In this document: positions 28,017 through 37,436 of the stretch, in pieces
How positions within the stretch are numbered: the stretch's first letter is position 1
How the letters are laid out: each line of letters starts with the position of its first letter
DNA from: an uncultured Chloroflexia bacterium
GTDB taxonomy: Bacteria > Chloroflexota > Limnocylindria > QHBO01
Assembly (NCBI GenBank): GCA_963782015.1
Contig: CAWAHY010000004.1
Coordinates: forward strand, 468,166 to 532,165
Length of the DNA stretch: 64,000 nucleotides
Direction: 5' to 3'
Notes under the pieces: model-generated
Database searches by the model: none
Seen by the model: only the letters and a program-made list of their open reading frames with translations
What the model was told of the DNA's origin: nothing
Translations under genes and position numbers: made by a program

Positions 28017-29869
28017 GGCTTCAGCCCGGCGCGCCGCATCGTCGTGGCGATGGCGGCCACGAACGGATCGCTCCGGAGCTCCTCGATGCTGACCGGCAGG
28101 CCCAGCGACCAGTTGGCGCGCTGCGGCGCCACGGTCCCGGGCAGGTTGACGCGCTCCTCGACGGCCAGCGCATCCTCGAGCGTGGCGGTGATGACCGCGG
28201 ACGGGGCGGTCGCCAGGGCGGCGTGGGCGGCCAGGATGACCTGGCGGGAGCCTGCCCCGGGGCCGAGCCCGGTGACCGCCTCGATGCGCCCGCGCAGCGC
28301 GGCCAGGGCGGCGGGGTCCGGGACGACGCCGGCGCGCTGCTGGTCGCCGAGGTCCGAGCCGCTCCAGACGCCGGCCAGCGTCGGCAGGTCATGGGTCGAG
28401 AGGAGGGCCATCGCCCGCCGCGGGAAGGATGCCGGCGGCGCGTCCTCGAAGTAGACGACCCGCATCGACAGGATCCGCTGCTCGGCAAGCCGCTCCCGGA
28501 CCCCTGCCTCGAGCGTGCCCAGGTCCTCGCCCACGATCCAGGCTCCGGCGCGCACGCTCTCGAGGGCGAGGATCGCCAGCAGCTCATCGGACCGGTAGCG
28601 GACATACGCACCTTCCACCGACCCGCGCCCGGCGGGCACCCACCAGCCGCGAAACAGGCCGGCCGCGTGGTCGATGCGCAGCCCGCCTGCATGCCGCAGC
28701 CCGGCCCGCAGGGTCTCGATGAAGGGCTGGTACCGCGCGGCCCGCAGGCGATCGGGCACGAAGGGCGGGAGCCCCCAATCCTGTCCTTCGGCCCCGAGCA
28801 GGTCGGGTGGCGCGCCCAGCCACGCGCCCGTGGCGAGCTGCCCCTGCCAGCACCACGCGTCGAAGCCGCCGGGGTCGAAGCCGATCGGCAGGTCCTGGAC
28901 CAGCCCCGGACCCATGCCACCGGCCCGGCGCAGCTGCTCGTCGAGGAGCCACTGCACCCACTCGTGGAATGCGACCCGCTCCGACAGCTCGGCGGCCAAC
29001 CGGGCCACGCCGGGTCCGTCGGGGTCGCGAAGGTCCTCCGGCCAGCGGCGCCAGTCCCCGCCGAGACGCTCCGCGATGGCGGCGTAGACGGCCCATCCCC
29101 GCAGCGACGCGCCGAGCTCCCCGCGCAGGGCGGCGACGCCCCGGTGCGCCGACTCATCGGCGCCGGCACCGCTCTCCCAGAGCAGCTCCAGCGCCCGCCG
29201 CTTGAGCGCCTGCACCCGCGTCCGGTCGACCAGGCGCTCGGCGTTGAGCGCCTCGCCCGCGGCGACCAGCGGCGCCAATCGGTCCCTGATCCGCTCCGCG
29301 CCGGGGATCCGCCCGATGGCCACGTGGAGCAGGCTCCGAAACCGACGGGTGGCCGGGAAGTAGGGACTCGCCTCCAGCTCGAGTCCCGGGGTCTGCGCTC
29401 CGAGCGGACTCACCTGGAGCATGCCGGCGCCGCTCTCGCCCGACCAGGCTGCCAGTGCCGCGAGGTCGTCCAGGTCGCCGATCCCCCAGCTCCGCCGGGA
29501 GCGCGTGGTTGCCAGCTGGACCGACCAGCCCCAGGTTCGGAGATCCTCCGGCAGATGGCAGTGTGGCGGCGCGGCGATGAGCAGCTGCTCACCGTCATCG
29601 GTCGCATGGCGGTGGTAGCCAAACGGCAGATCTGGGGGAAGACGATCCGTGGTCCCGAGGTCGCTCCCGTCCTCGAGGGTCAGCCTGCCGGTGTGACCCA
29701 GCTCATCGCCGGCGCGGACGAGGCGCACCGGATCCGGGATCTGCTGCACGGTCTCTCCCCCAACGCCCATGGCGGCGGCCAGCAGCGCCCGCGTCTCGTC
29801 GGAGACCGTGCGCATTCGTCCCCAGGCATCGGTCCAGTCCGAGACGATGAGGCTGGGCGGCGAGCTCAA
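28013..29869 (-). CDS. malQ: 4-alpha-glucanotransferase (amylomaltase, GH77) MalQ
   Basis: 618-aa intact ORF. WGWSVQLATTRSRRSWGIGDLDDLAALAAW ... GAWLGAPPDLLGAEGQDWGLPPF ... VGEDLGT: GH77 motifs. Confidence 0.8.
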   Translation of the reverse strand: MSSPPSLIVSDWTDAWGRMRTVSDETRALLAAAMGVGGETVQQIPDPVRLVRAGDELGHTGRLTLEDGSDLGTTDRLPPDLPFGYHRHATDDGEQLLIAAPPHCHLPEDLRTWGWSVQLATTRSRRSWGIGDLDDLAALAAWSGESGAGMLQVSPLGAQTPGLELEASPYFPATRRFRSLLHVAIGRIPGAERIRDRLAPLVAAGEALNAERLVDRTRVQALKRRALELLWESGAGADESAHRGVAALRGELGASLRGWAVYAAIAERLGGDWRRWPEDLRDPDGPGVARLAAELSERVAFHEWVQWLLDEQLRRAGGMGPGLVQDLPIGFDPGGFDAWCWQGQLATGAWLGAPPDLLGAEGQDWGLPPFVPDRLRAARYQPFIETLRAGLRHAGGLRIDHAAGLFRGWWVPAGRGSVEGAYVRYRSDELLAILALESVRAGAWIVGEDLGTLEAGVRERLAEQRILSMRVVYFEDAPPASFPRRAMALLSTHDLPTLAGVWSGSDLGDQQRAGVVPDPAALAALRGRIEAVTGLGPGAGSRQVILAAHAALATAPSAVITATLEDALAVEERVNLPGTVAPQRANWSLGLPVSIEELRSDPFVAAIATTMRRAGLKP

Positions 29870-31951
29870 CGGCGGTGGGTGGGCGAGACTGGTCGGAGGG
29901 TGAAGACCCGGTACGGGAGCCGTGCCGGGTTCAGCTCGACCGTCACGTCGGCACCGCGGAGGCGTCTGGAGCGACCGGTGAGCAGATCGACCATCAGGTA
30001 GGGCTCATCCCAGCCGATCCCGATCGCCGGCAGGTCGGGGTGCAGCGTCGCCTGCTCGGGCTTCGTCGGGTCGCAGTTGACCGCCACGTAGACGGGGTCC
30101 CGCCAGCGGCTCGGGAAGCCGGTCAGCGGGTCGAGCGCATCGGCGGGGAGCGCCTTGCGATAGAAGAGCGTCCGGCTCCCGGTGACGTTCTCGAAGCGGA
30201 GGTTGTCGGAGCGCCGCAGCGCACCCCACTCACGGCGCAGCCGATTCAGCCCGCCGATCAGCGACTTGATGTTCCCGGGGGCATCCCAGTCGCGCGCGCG
30301 GATCTCGTACTTCTCGCTGTGGGCATACTCCTCGCGGTCGCCGAGGCGCCCCATCTCGCACAGCTCGTATCCGGAGTAGATGCCCCACGACGGGGAGAGC
30401 GTGGCAGCCAGCACCGCGCGGACGCGGAAGGCGGGCGGACCAGCGTCGAGGTGGTGCGGATTGATGTCGGGCGTGTTCGGCCACAGGTTGCCGCGGAAGT
30501 ATTCGCGCATCGGCGCTCGGGTCAGCTCCTCCAGGTAGCCGCGCAGCTCGTCGCGCGTCTCGCGCCACGTGAAGTAGGTGTAGCTCTGGCTGAATCCCGC
30601 CTTGGCCAGCGCACGCATCCGCTTCGGCGTGGTGAAGGCCTCGGACAGGAAGATGACACCCGGGTCCACCGCGCGGACCTCGCCGATCAGCCACTCCCAG
30701 AAGGCGACCGGCTTGGTGTGGGGGTTGTCGACCCGGAAGATGCGAACGCCGCGGCCGACCCAGGTGAGCACGCACCTCGAGCCACGCGCGCCAGAGCGCC
30801 TCCCGCTCGGCGGCGACCGGCCCGGCGAAGTCGAACGGATAGATGTCCTGGTAGCGCTTCGGCGGGTTCTCGGCGTACTTGATCGTGCCGTCGGGCGCGC
30901 GGCTGAACCACTCGGGATGCTGCTTGACCCACGGGTGATCGGGCGATGCCTGCAGCGCCAGGTCGAGCGCCACCTCGAGGCCGGACCGCTCGGCGGCGCG
31001 CCGGAAGTGCTCAAAGGCCGGCAGCCCGCCCAGCTCCTCGGCGACCTCGGTATGGCCCCCTCCGTCGCGCCCGATCGCCCACGGGGAGCCGGGATCGCCC
31101 CGTCGCGCGGCGAGGGTGTTGTCGCGACCCTTGCGATTGGTGCGACCGATGGGGTGGATCGGGGGCAGGTAGACGATGTCGAAGCCCATCGCCGCGATCC
31201 CGGGCAGCCGCCACTCGGCATCGGCCAGCGTGGTCGGGGTGGGGTGGGCCGGATCCCGGCCCTGCGAACGCGGGAAGAGCTCGTACCAGGCGGAGCAGCG
31301 CGCCAGCTCGCGATCGACCACGAGCGGCAGCTCACGGCCATAGCGGGTCGCCGCACTCCGATCGGGATGCCGACGCGCTGCCGCCACCACCGGATCCGCC
31401 GCCATCGCCGCGACCCGCGTCCGTTCGAGCCGGGCACGCCCCTCGCGCGCCAGCGCGGCGCCGATCAGGCGGGCGTCCGCCCCCCGGGCCCTGGCCAGCG
31501 TCCGCTCGAGCAGCGCTCGCCCCTCGGCCAGCTCGGTGGCGACCGCCACGCCGGCTTCCAGCTTGCGGGTGATCCCCACGCGCCACGAGCCGATCGCGTC
31601 CCGCCACGCCTCGATCGTGTACCGATGCGGCGCGTTCCGGGTGAGGCGCACCGTCCCGCTCCAGCGCTCGTTGTCGACGAGGCGCATCGGCACCTCGGTC
31701 CAGGCCGCTTCGTCCTCCGCGCGCAGCAGCAGCGCCGCATCCAGGAGGTCGTGGCCGTCGGCGAAGATGTCGGCGGTGACGAGCAGGTCATCCCCGACGA
31801 CGCGCTTGACGGGGTGCGCTCCGCAGTCGATCTCCGGGTCGACCTGCTCGATCACGATCGATCGGCGCGTGCCGATGGCATCGATCCCCGGCTCCGTGGC
31901 GGCGAGTGCGGCTTGCGCCGCGCGGTTGAGGGTCGAGCGGGGGGTGGTCAT
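29866..31951 (-). CDS. glgE: alpha-1,4-glucan:maltose-1-phosphate maltosyltransferase GlgE, frame interrupted once
   Basis: N-terminal two-thirds is in the frame of ORF 30230-32548 from ATG 31951 (MTTPRSTLNRAA ... SAWYELFPRSQG ... GFDIVYLPPIHPIGRTNRKGRDN ... WVKQHPEWF ... ALWRAWLEV). The remainder is in the frame of ORF 29866-31437 (GVRIFRVDNPHTKPVAFWEWLIGEVR ... FTWRETRDEL ... WGIYSGYELCE ... PYRVFTL). Switch near 30780. Total length is not a multiple of 3. Confidence 0.8.
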
Positions 31952-32036
31952 GGGTCTGCACGCAACCGTACCCCATCCGGCGGATGCCGCGCGATCCGGC
32001 ACCGATGCAACCAATCTGCCCTGGCCGGGGTAGTCT

Positions 32037-33398
32037 GTGGACGAGATGCATCCTGTCCGCGGCGTGCGCCGCCCCTTCGCCGCGGCGGTCCTGGTCGCCC
32101 TGAGCCTGGGCGCCTGCAGCTCGCCGACCGGCAGCCCCGGCCCCTCGAGCAGCGCCTCCGTCGCGGGCTCGGCCTCGCCGACCGGCAGCGTCGGCTCGCC
32201 TGGCACCTCGCAGGGAGCCAGCCCGTCCACCGCGGCGTCGCCCACCGCGGTGCCGACCGCAATCCCCACGGCGACGCCGGCCCTCACCCCGGTCCCGACT
32301 CCATCGGTCAGCGGCCCCGATCTGGCCGTCCAGCTGATCGTGTCCGGCCTCAGCAGCCCCATCGGCGTCACGCACGCCGGAGACGGCACCGATCGGCTCT
32401 TCGTCGTACAGCGCGCCGGACAGGTGCGTGTCATCGATGCCGCCGGCAACCTGCGCTCGGCCCCGTTCGTGGACATCTCCGACCGCGTCCTGTCGGGTGG
32501 TGAGCAGGGCCTGCTCGGGCTCGCCTTCCATCCGAACTTCGCCGCCAACGGCCGCCTCTTCGTCGACTACACCCGCGTCGGGGATGGCGCGGAGGTCGTG
32601 TCGGAGCTGACCGCAGCGGGGGACCACAACACGGCCAACCCGGCCAGCGAGCGGGTCCTCCTGGTCGTGCCGGATCCATATTCCAATCACAACGGAGGAC
32701 AGCTCGCCTTCGGCCCGAATGGCTTCCTGTACATCGCCATGGGCGACGGCGGATCGGGGGGTGATCCGCAGGGCAACGGCCAGGACCGGCAGGCTCTGCT
32801 GGGCAAGATCCTGCGCATCGACGTCGACGGCACGCATGCCGCCGGCAAGGAATACGCGATCCCGAACAGCAACCCCTACGCCCCAGGCGGAGTTGCCCCG
32901 GGCGCGGGGCTGCCGGAGATCTGGGCCTACGGCCTGCGCAACCCGTGGCGCTTCAGCTTTGACCGCGCGAACGGCGACCTGTACATCGGCGATGTCGGGC
33001 AGAACGCCTGGGAGGAGGTCGACCGCCAGCCAGCCGGGTCGGGCGGAGGCGAGAACTACGGCTGGAACGCCTTCGAGGGGAGACACTGCTTCGCCAGCTG
33101 CAGCGGCGTCAGCTACGTGCCCCCGATCGTCGAGTACAGCCACAGCGCGGGCTGCTCGGTCACCGGGGGGTACGTCTACCGCGGCTCAGGGCAGCCGGCG
33201 CTGAAGGGGTTCTACGTCTTCGGCGACTACTGCTCGGGCACGATCTACACCCTGCCGGCCGGGGCCGGCAACAAGACCCTCCACGCCGCTGGCGACAGCG
33301 GCCTCTCGATCGCGTCCTTCGGCGAGAGCGAGGATGGCGAGCTGTACGTCGTCGACGTCGACAGCGGGCGCCTCTACCGGGTCGTCGTCAGCAGCTGA
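32037..33398 (+). CDS. PQQ-dependent sugar dehydrogenase family lipoprotein (soluble glucose/sorbosone dehydrogenase-like beta-propeller)
   Basis: Lipobox (ALSLGACSS), Ser/Pro/Thr-rich linker, then the sGDH-type core (RLFVVQRAGQVRVID ... GEQGLLGLAFHP ... NHNGGQLAFGPNGFLYIAMGDGGSGGDPQGNGQ ... LLGKILRIDVDG ... NPWRFSFD). Confidence 0.75.
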   Translation: MDEMHPVRGVRRPFAAAVLVALSLGACSSPTGSPGPSSSASVAGSASPTGSVGSPGTSQGASPSTAASPTAVPTAIPTATPALTPVPTPSVSGPDLAVQLIVSGLSSPIGVTHAGDGTDRLFVVQRAGQVRVIDAAGNLRSAPFVDISDRVLSGGEQGLLGLAFHPNFAANGRLFVDYTRVGDGAEVVSELTAAGDHNTANPASERVLLVVPDPYSNHNGGQLAFGPNGFLYIAMGDGGSGGDPQGNGQDRQALLGKILRIDVDGTHAAGKEYAIPNSNPYAPGGVAPGAGLPEIWAYGLRNPWRFSFDRANGDLYIGDVGQNAWEEVDRQPAGSGGGENYGWNAFEGRHCFASCSGVSYVPPIVEYSHSAGCSVTGGYVYRGSGQPALKGFYVFGDYCSGTIYTLPAGAGNKTLHAAGDSGLSIASFGESEDGELYVVDVDSGRLYRVVVSS

Positions 33399-33409
33399 CG
33401 CGTCTCCCC

Positions 33410-34096
33410 CTACAGCGCGCCCAGGGCGCGCAGGCTCACCCACCGGCCGTGGCCGATCACCAGGTGGTCCATCAGCTCGATGTCGAGCAGCCGTCCCGCC
33501 TCGGCCAGCTCACGGGTGATGCGCAGGTCCTCGGGCGACGGCGCGGGGTCGCCGGACGGGTGGTTGTGCACCACCACCAGGGCCGCCGCGTGACGCCGCA
33601 CGGCGTCGCAGAAGACCTCGCCGACCCGCACCGGCGAGCCCGCCAGGTTGCCGGCGTAGACGGTGACCATGCCGACCACCGCGTTCTTGGTGTTGAGCAG
33701 CACCGAGCGCAGCTCCTCGCGCGGCAGGTGACCCATCGCCGGCATCAGCCGCTCGGCGAGGTCGGCCGGGGTCCGGACGCGCCACCCCGCCGCCGGCCAG
33801 GCGGTCGACACGCGACGGCCCAGCTCCAGCGCGGCGACCAGGGTCGCCGCACGGCGTCGGCCGATCGAGAGCAGGTCGACCAGGTCGGCACGGGCGAGAC
33901 CGGCGAGACCGCTCGGATCGACCACGGCCAGCGCCGCGAGCCCCGGCTCGCGTGCCCCGAGCACGATCTCCAGCAGCTCGTCATCGGCGAGCGCGGACGG
34001 GCCGAGCCGCGCCAGCGTGGCAGACGGCGACCCGATCACAGCGCGGCGGCGGGCCGTCGCCGCGCGGAGCGGCACGGGCCGAAGCAGGGCGGACAC
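33410..34096 (-). CDS. radC: RadC-like JAB/MPN domain protein
   Basis: HNHPSGDPAPSPEDLRITRELAEAGRLLDIELMDHLVIGHGRWVSLR: the JAMM-like HxHPSG...D motif. HhH-like N-terminus. Confidence 0.8.
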   Translation of the reverse strand: MSALLRPVPLRAATARRRAVIGSPSATLARLGPSALADDELLEIVLGAREPGLAALAVVDPSGLAGLARADLVDLLSIGRRRAATLVAALELGRRVSTAWPAAGWRVRTPADLAERLMPAMGHLPREELRSVLLNTKNAVVGMVTVYAGNLAGSPVRVGEVFCDAVRRHAAALVVVHNHPSGDPAPSPEDLRITRELAEAGRLLDIELMDHLVIGHGRWVSLRALGAL

Positions 34097-34148
34097 GTCA
34101 CGAGACTATCGATCGGCCCTGATCGGGCCATTACCGGCGGCTTACGGC

Positions 34149-35156
34149 TCAGGTGGTGAGCGAGAGGATCCCCAGGCGATCCAGCAGCGTCAGCGTGACC
34201 GTCACGGCGTTGAAGCCCGCATGGAGGACCATCACCGCCGGCAGGCTGCGCGTCCAGCGGTAGACCAGGGCCAGCACCACGCCCAGCGCGAAGATCGGGA
34301 CGAACAGGTAGAGGCTGGCATGGATGAGCGCGAAGAGCGCCGCCGAGCCGAGTACGGCAACCCGGCCGCCATACTCGCGCTCCCACGCGTTGTAGACCAC
34401 GCCGCGGAAGAAGAGCTCCTCGGCGATCGGCGCCACCAGCACGACGGCGAGCACGATGACGGTCGGGTCGCCACGCTGCATGACGCTGTCCACGATGCCG
34501 GTGTCCTGCTCGACGCCGAGCGCTCGCAGGACGGCAGCCGACAGGTTGGCGAGCAGCGTGACCCCGACCCAGGCCGGGATCGCCAGGGCGAGGCCGATCG
34601 CCAGGGTCTGCCACAGCCGCGACGCCGGCAGGAGCCGCAGGCCGGCCAGGGCGCGGGGCGCGACCACCAGGCCGCCGGTGACGGCCAGGAGGCCGATCTG
34701 GGTCGAGGTCAGCTGCACCAGCGTCCCGCCGACCGACAGCTCGCCGCCGTTGAAGATGGCGAGGGCGGTCGAGGCGGCCACCAGCGACACGATCGCCCCG
34801 ACGATGATGGCCTGCAGCAGGAGCACGAGCACCGCCGGCCCGCGGTAGCGCCCCAGCGGCAGCGCGGCCCGCACGATGAGGGCGCGCACCGTGTTCATGA
34901 CCAGCCCGACGACCAGCGCCAGGCCACCGAGCGCCACCAGCAGCAGCGGCCCGATCAGGCGCTGCGCCACCTCGGGGGTGGGATCCCCGGAGACCAGCTC
35001 CGGGTTGGCGACGATGACGGCGGTGGGGAGGACGAGGCCAACGGCCATCAAGACGACGGAGATGACCTGCAGCGCGCGAAGGCGATTCAGCGGGTCCTGA
35101 TTCGGGTCGAGCGGGAGTTCCGCGTTCCAGGCGACGTCCGGCCGGGGCTCATCCAC
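34149..35156 (-). CDS. CPBP family intramembrane glutamic endopeptidase (CAAX protease / Abi-like)
   Basis: Polytopic membrane protein. APIAEELFFRGVVY ... FALIHASLY ... VMVLHAGFNAV are the CPBP motifs 1-3. Confidence 0.75.
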   Translation of the reverse strand: MDEPRPDVAWNAELPLDPNQDPLNRLRALQVISVVLMAVGLVLPTAVIVANPELVSGDPTPEVAQRLIGPLLLVALGGLALVVGLVMNTVRALIVRAALPLGRYRGPAVLVLLLQAIIVGAIVSLVAASTALAIFNGGELSVGGTLVQLTSTQIGLLAVTGGLVVAPRALAGLRLLPASRLWQTLAIGLALAIPAWVGVTLLANLSAAVLRALGVEQDTGIVDSVMQRGDPTVIVLAVVLVAPIAEELFFRGVVYNAWEREYGGRVAVLGSAALFALIHASLYLFVPIFALGVVLALVYRWTRSLPAVMVLHAGFNAVTVTLTLLDRLGILSLTT

Positions 35157-35166
35157 CGGCGGGCCG

Positions 35167-35760
35167 TCAGGGGTTGGAGGCGGGACGGAGTCCAGGTTCG
35201 GCGCCCAGCTCCGCGGGACGCTCCGTCGGCCGGGCAGGGGCCGGGCGCTCGATCACGCGCTCGACCGGACGCGCCGCGACACGCTGGAACTCGTGCCCGC
35301 AGTAGGCGCACAGCGACCACTCCGGGTCGGCCAGGCGACTGCACGACGGGCAGACCCGATGCAGCCGGGTGCGGCAATTGGGACAGACCAGCCAATCGGC
35401 ATGGACGCGGTCGCGGCAGACCGGGCACAGCTCGTTCTTCTCGACCTCGGCCAGCAGGGACTCCTCGGCCAGGGAACGCTCATAGACCTCCGCCAGCGAC
35501 TCCCGCGGGCGCACGATCAGGTACAGCACCACCGCGAAGAGGAAGAGGAGCGGCGTGAAGAAGATGATCAGGGCGGACGCGAAGTAGGGCAGGATCGGGT
35601 TCTCGGAGCGCGCCTGCATGTCGCGGAAGGCCCAGTAGGCGGTCCCGAGCCAGAGCAGCACCACGTAGATGACGATCAGCGTGCCCGCGGTCTGGACCAG
35701 CGGGTTGGTGATGAAGTCGTTCCAGATCTTCCCCGGATCCGGCAGGCCGTCTGGCATCAA
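35167..35760 (-). CDS. membrane protein with C-terminal double zinc-ribbon domain
   Basis: Two N-terminal TM helices, then CPVCRDRVHADWLVCPNCRTRL...CPSCSRLADPEWSLCAYCGHEF (4 x CxxC). Start overlaps the purN stop (ATGA-type), so it appears co-transcribed and translationally coupled with purF-purM-purN. Confidence 0.5.
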   Translation of the reverse strand: MMPDGLPDPGKIWNDFITNPLVQTAGTLIVIYVVLLWLGTAYWAFRDMQARSENPILPYFASALIIFFTPLLFLFAVVLYLIVRPRESLAEVYERSLAEESLLAEVEKNELCPVCRDRVHADWLVCPNCRTRLHRVCPSCSRLADPEWSLCAYCGHEFQRVAARPVERVIERPAPARPTERPAELGAEPGLRPASNP

Positions 35761-36395
35761 AGCGCCTCTCTGAGTGACCGCCGCGCACGAATCGGCGCTG
35801 GCGACGCGCCGGTCATGCTAGCAGATAGGCGCGCAAGCACCGCCACCAGCGCCTGGTGTTCGACCTCGAGGACGCGCTCCGCCAGCTGCGCCGCGGTCTC
35901 TCCGGGACGCACCGCCAGACGCACCTGCTCGATCGGTGGCCCGGCGTCGAGCCGCGGCGTCACGTCGTGGATCGTCACCCCCGTCTCGGCGTCGCCGGCG
36001 GCCAGCACCGCGGCATGCACCGCCAGCCCGAGCATCCCCGCCCCGCCGTGCCGGGGCAGCAGCGATGGATGGATGTTGATGGTGCGGCCGGCGAACGCCG
36101 CGAAGTAGGGTGGGCGCAGGAGCTGGTCATAGCCCGCCAGCAGGGCCAGCTCGCAGCCTGCCTCCTCGAGCGCACCACCGATCGCCGCATCCCTTGCCTC
36201 GCCGTCGGCAAAGTCGGAGCGCGGCATCACGCGCCAGGCCACCCCGCGCCGTGCCGCCACCTCGAGCGCCCGAACCTCCGGCCGGTTGGAGATCACCAGC
36301 ACCGGCTCGACACTCGCAAGGCGCCCGTCACCGACGGCGTCGAGCACCGCCTCGAGGTTCGAGCCGCGGCCGGAGACGAGGACGCCGAGTCGCAT
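35757..36395 (-). CDS. purN: phosphoribosylglycinamide formyltransferase
   Basis: MRLGVLVSGRGSNLEAVLDA ... LALLAGYDQLL ... INIHPSLLPRHGGAGM ... ETGVTIHDV. 212 aa. Confidence 0.85.
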   Translation of the reverse strand: MRLGVLVSGRGSNLEAVLDAVGDGRLASVEPVLVISNRPEVRALEVAARRGVAWRVMPRSDFADGEARDAAIGGALEEAGCELALLAGYDQLLRPPYFAAFAGRTINIHPSLLPRHGGAGMLGLAVHAAVLAAGDAETGVTIHDVTPRLDAGPPIEQVRLAVRPGETAAQLAERVLEVEHQALVAVLARLSASMTGASPAPIRARRSLREAL

Positions 36396-36398
36396 CGG

Positions 36399-37431
36399 CT
36401 AGACGAACGAGACGCGGTCCGACCCGGGGACGACGGGGACGACGGTGCCCACCCGGCGGGCCTCGGGCAGGGCCGCCTGGGCGACCTGCGCCAGCTCGGG
36501 CCGCACGACGCAGGTGAGGCCGATCCCGAGGTTGAAGGTGCGCACCATCTCGGCGTCGGCGACATCGCCGCGCTCCTGGATCAGGCTGAAGATGAGCGGC
36601 ACCGGCCACGATCCCGAGCTCGACCTCGACTCCCAGCTCGGATGGCAGCGTGCGCGGGATGTTGTCGACCCAGCCGCCGCCGGTGATGTGCGCGAAGGCG
36701 AGCGCGTCACCCCCAGCGGCGCGCAGCGCCCGGCGCAGGATGCGGATCTCGTCGAGGTAGGACCGATGCGGCTCGAGCAGCTCCTCGCCGATCGTGCGCT
36801 GCAGGCCCGGCGCGCTGCGCGCCCAGTCGTCCTCGGAGAAGACCCTGCGCGCCAGGGAGTAGCCGTTGGTGTGAAGGCCGCTCGACGGGAGCCCGAGGAG
36901 GACGTCGCCGGCCCGCACCCCGGCGCCATCGATCACGTCGGCGCGCGCGACGACCCCGACGATGAACCCGGCGAGGTCGAAGTCGTCCCCGTGGTAGAGG
37001 TCCGGCAGCTCGGCCGTCTCGCCGCCGACCAGGGCCACGCCGGAGGCGGCGCAGGCGTTGGCGATCCCGGTCACGATCTCCGCGGCCACGGTGGCGTGCA
37101 GCCGGCCGACCGCCAGGTAGTCGAGGAAGAAGAGCGGATCGGCGCCCTGGACCGCGATGTCGTTGATGCAGTGGTGCACCAGGTCGATGCCGATGCTGTC
37201 GTAGCGCCCCAGCTCGATCGCCACCTTGAGCTTGGTCCCTACCCCATCGGTCGACGCCACCAGCACCGGGTCGGGGTGGGTGCTCGGGTCGAAGCGGAAG
37301 AGGCTGCCAAAGCCCCCGACCCCGCCGATCACGGCCGGGGTGGCGGTCGTCGCGGCGGCCTGGGCGATGAGGTCGACCGCCCGACGCGCCTCCTCGATGT
37401 TCACCCCGGCGTCTCGGTAGCGGTCTCCCAC
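36399..37431 (-). CDS. purM: phosphoribosylformylglycinamidine cyclo-ligase (AIR synthetase), frame interrupted once
   Basis: Main body is in the frame of ORF 36328-37668 (YRDAGVNIEEA ... GGFGSLFRF ... VASTDGVGTKLKVA ... VNDIAVQGADPLFFLDYLAVG ... FAHITGGGWVDNIPRTLPSELGVEVEL). Last ~45 aa are in the frame of ORF 36399-36929 (WPVPLIFSLIQERGDVADAEMVRTFNLGIGLTCVV...). Switch near 36600. Start tentatively GTG at 37431. Confidence 0.8.
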
Positions 37432-37436
37432 GCCGA

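Noticed and set aside
33410-35760. radC-like, CPBP (Abi-like) and zinc-ribbon membrane gene trio as a candidate defence or immunity module
   Set aside because: RadC-like JAB proteins and CPBP proteases are widespread housekeeping-type genes. There is no nuclease, NTPase or toxin partner and no signs of mobility. The zinc-ribbon gene is coupled to purN rather than to these two. Kept only as context.
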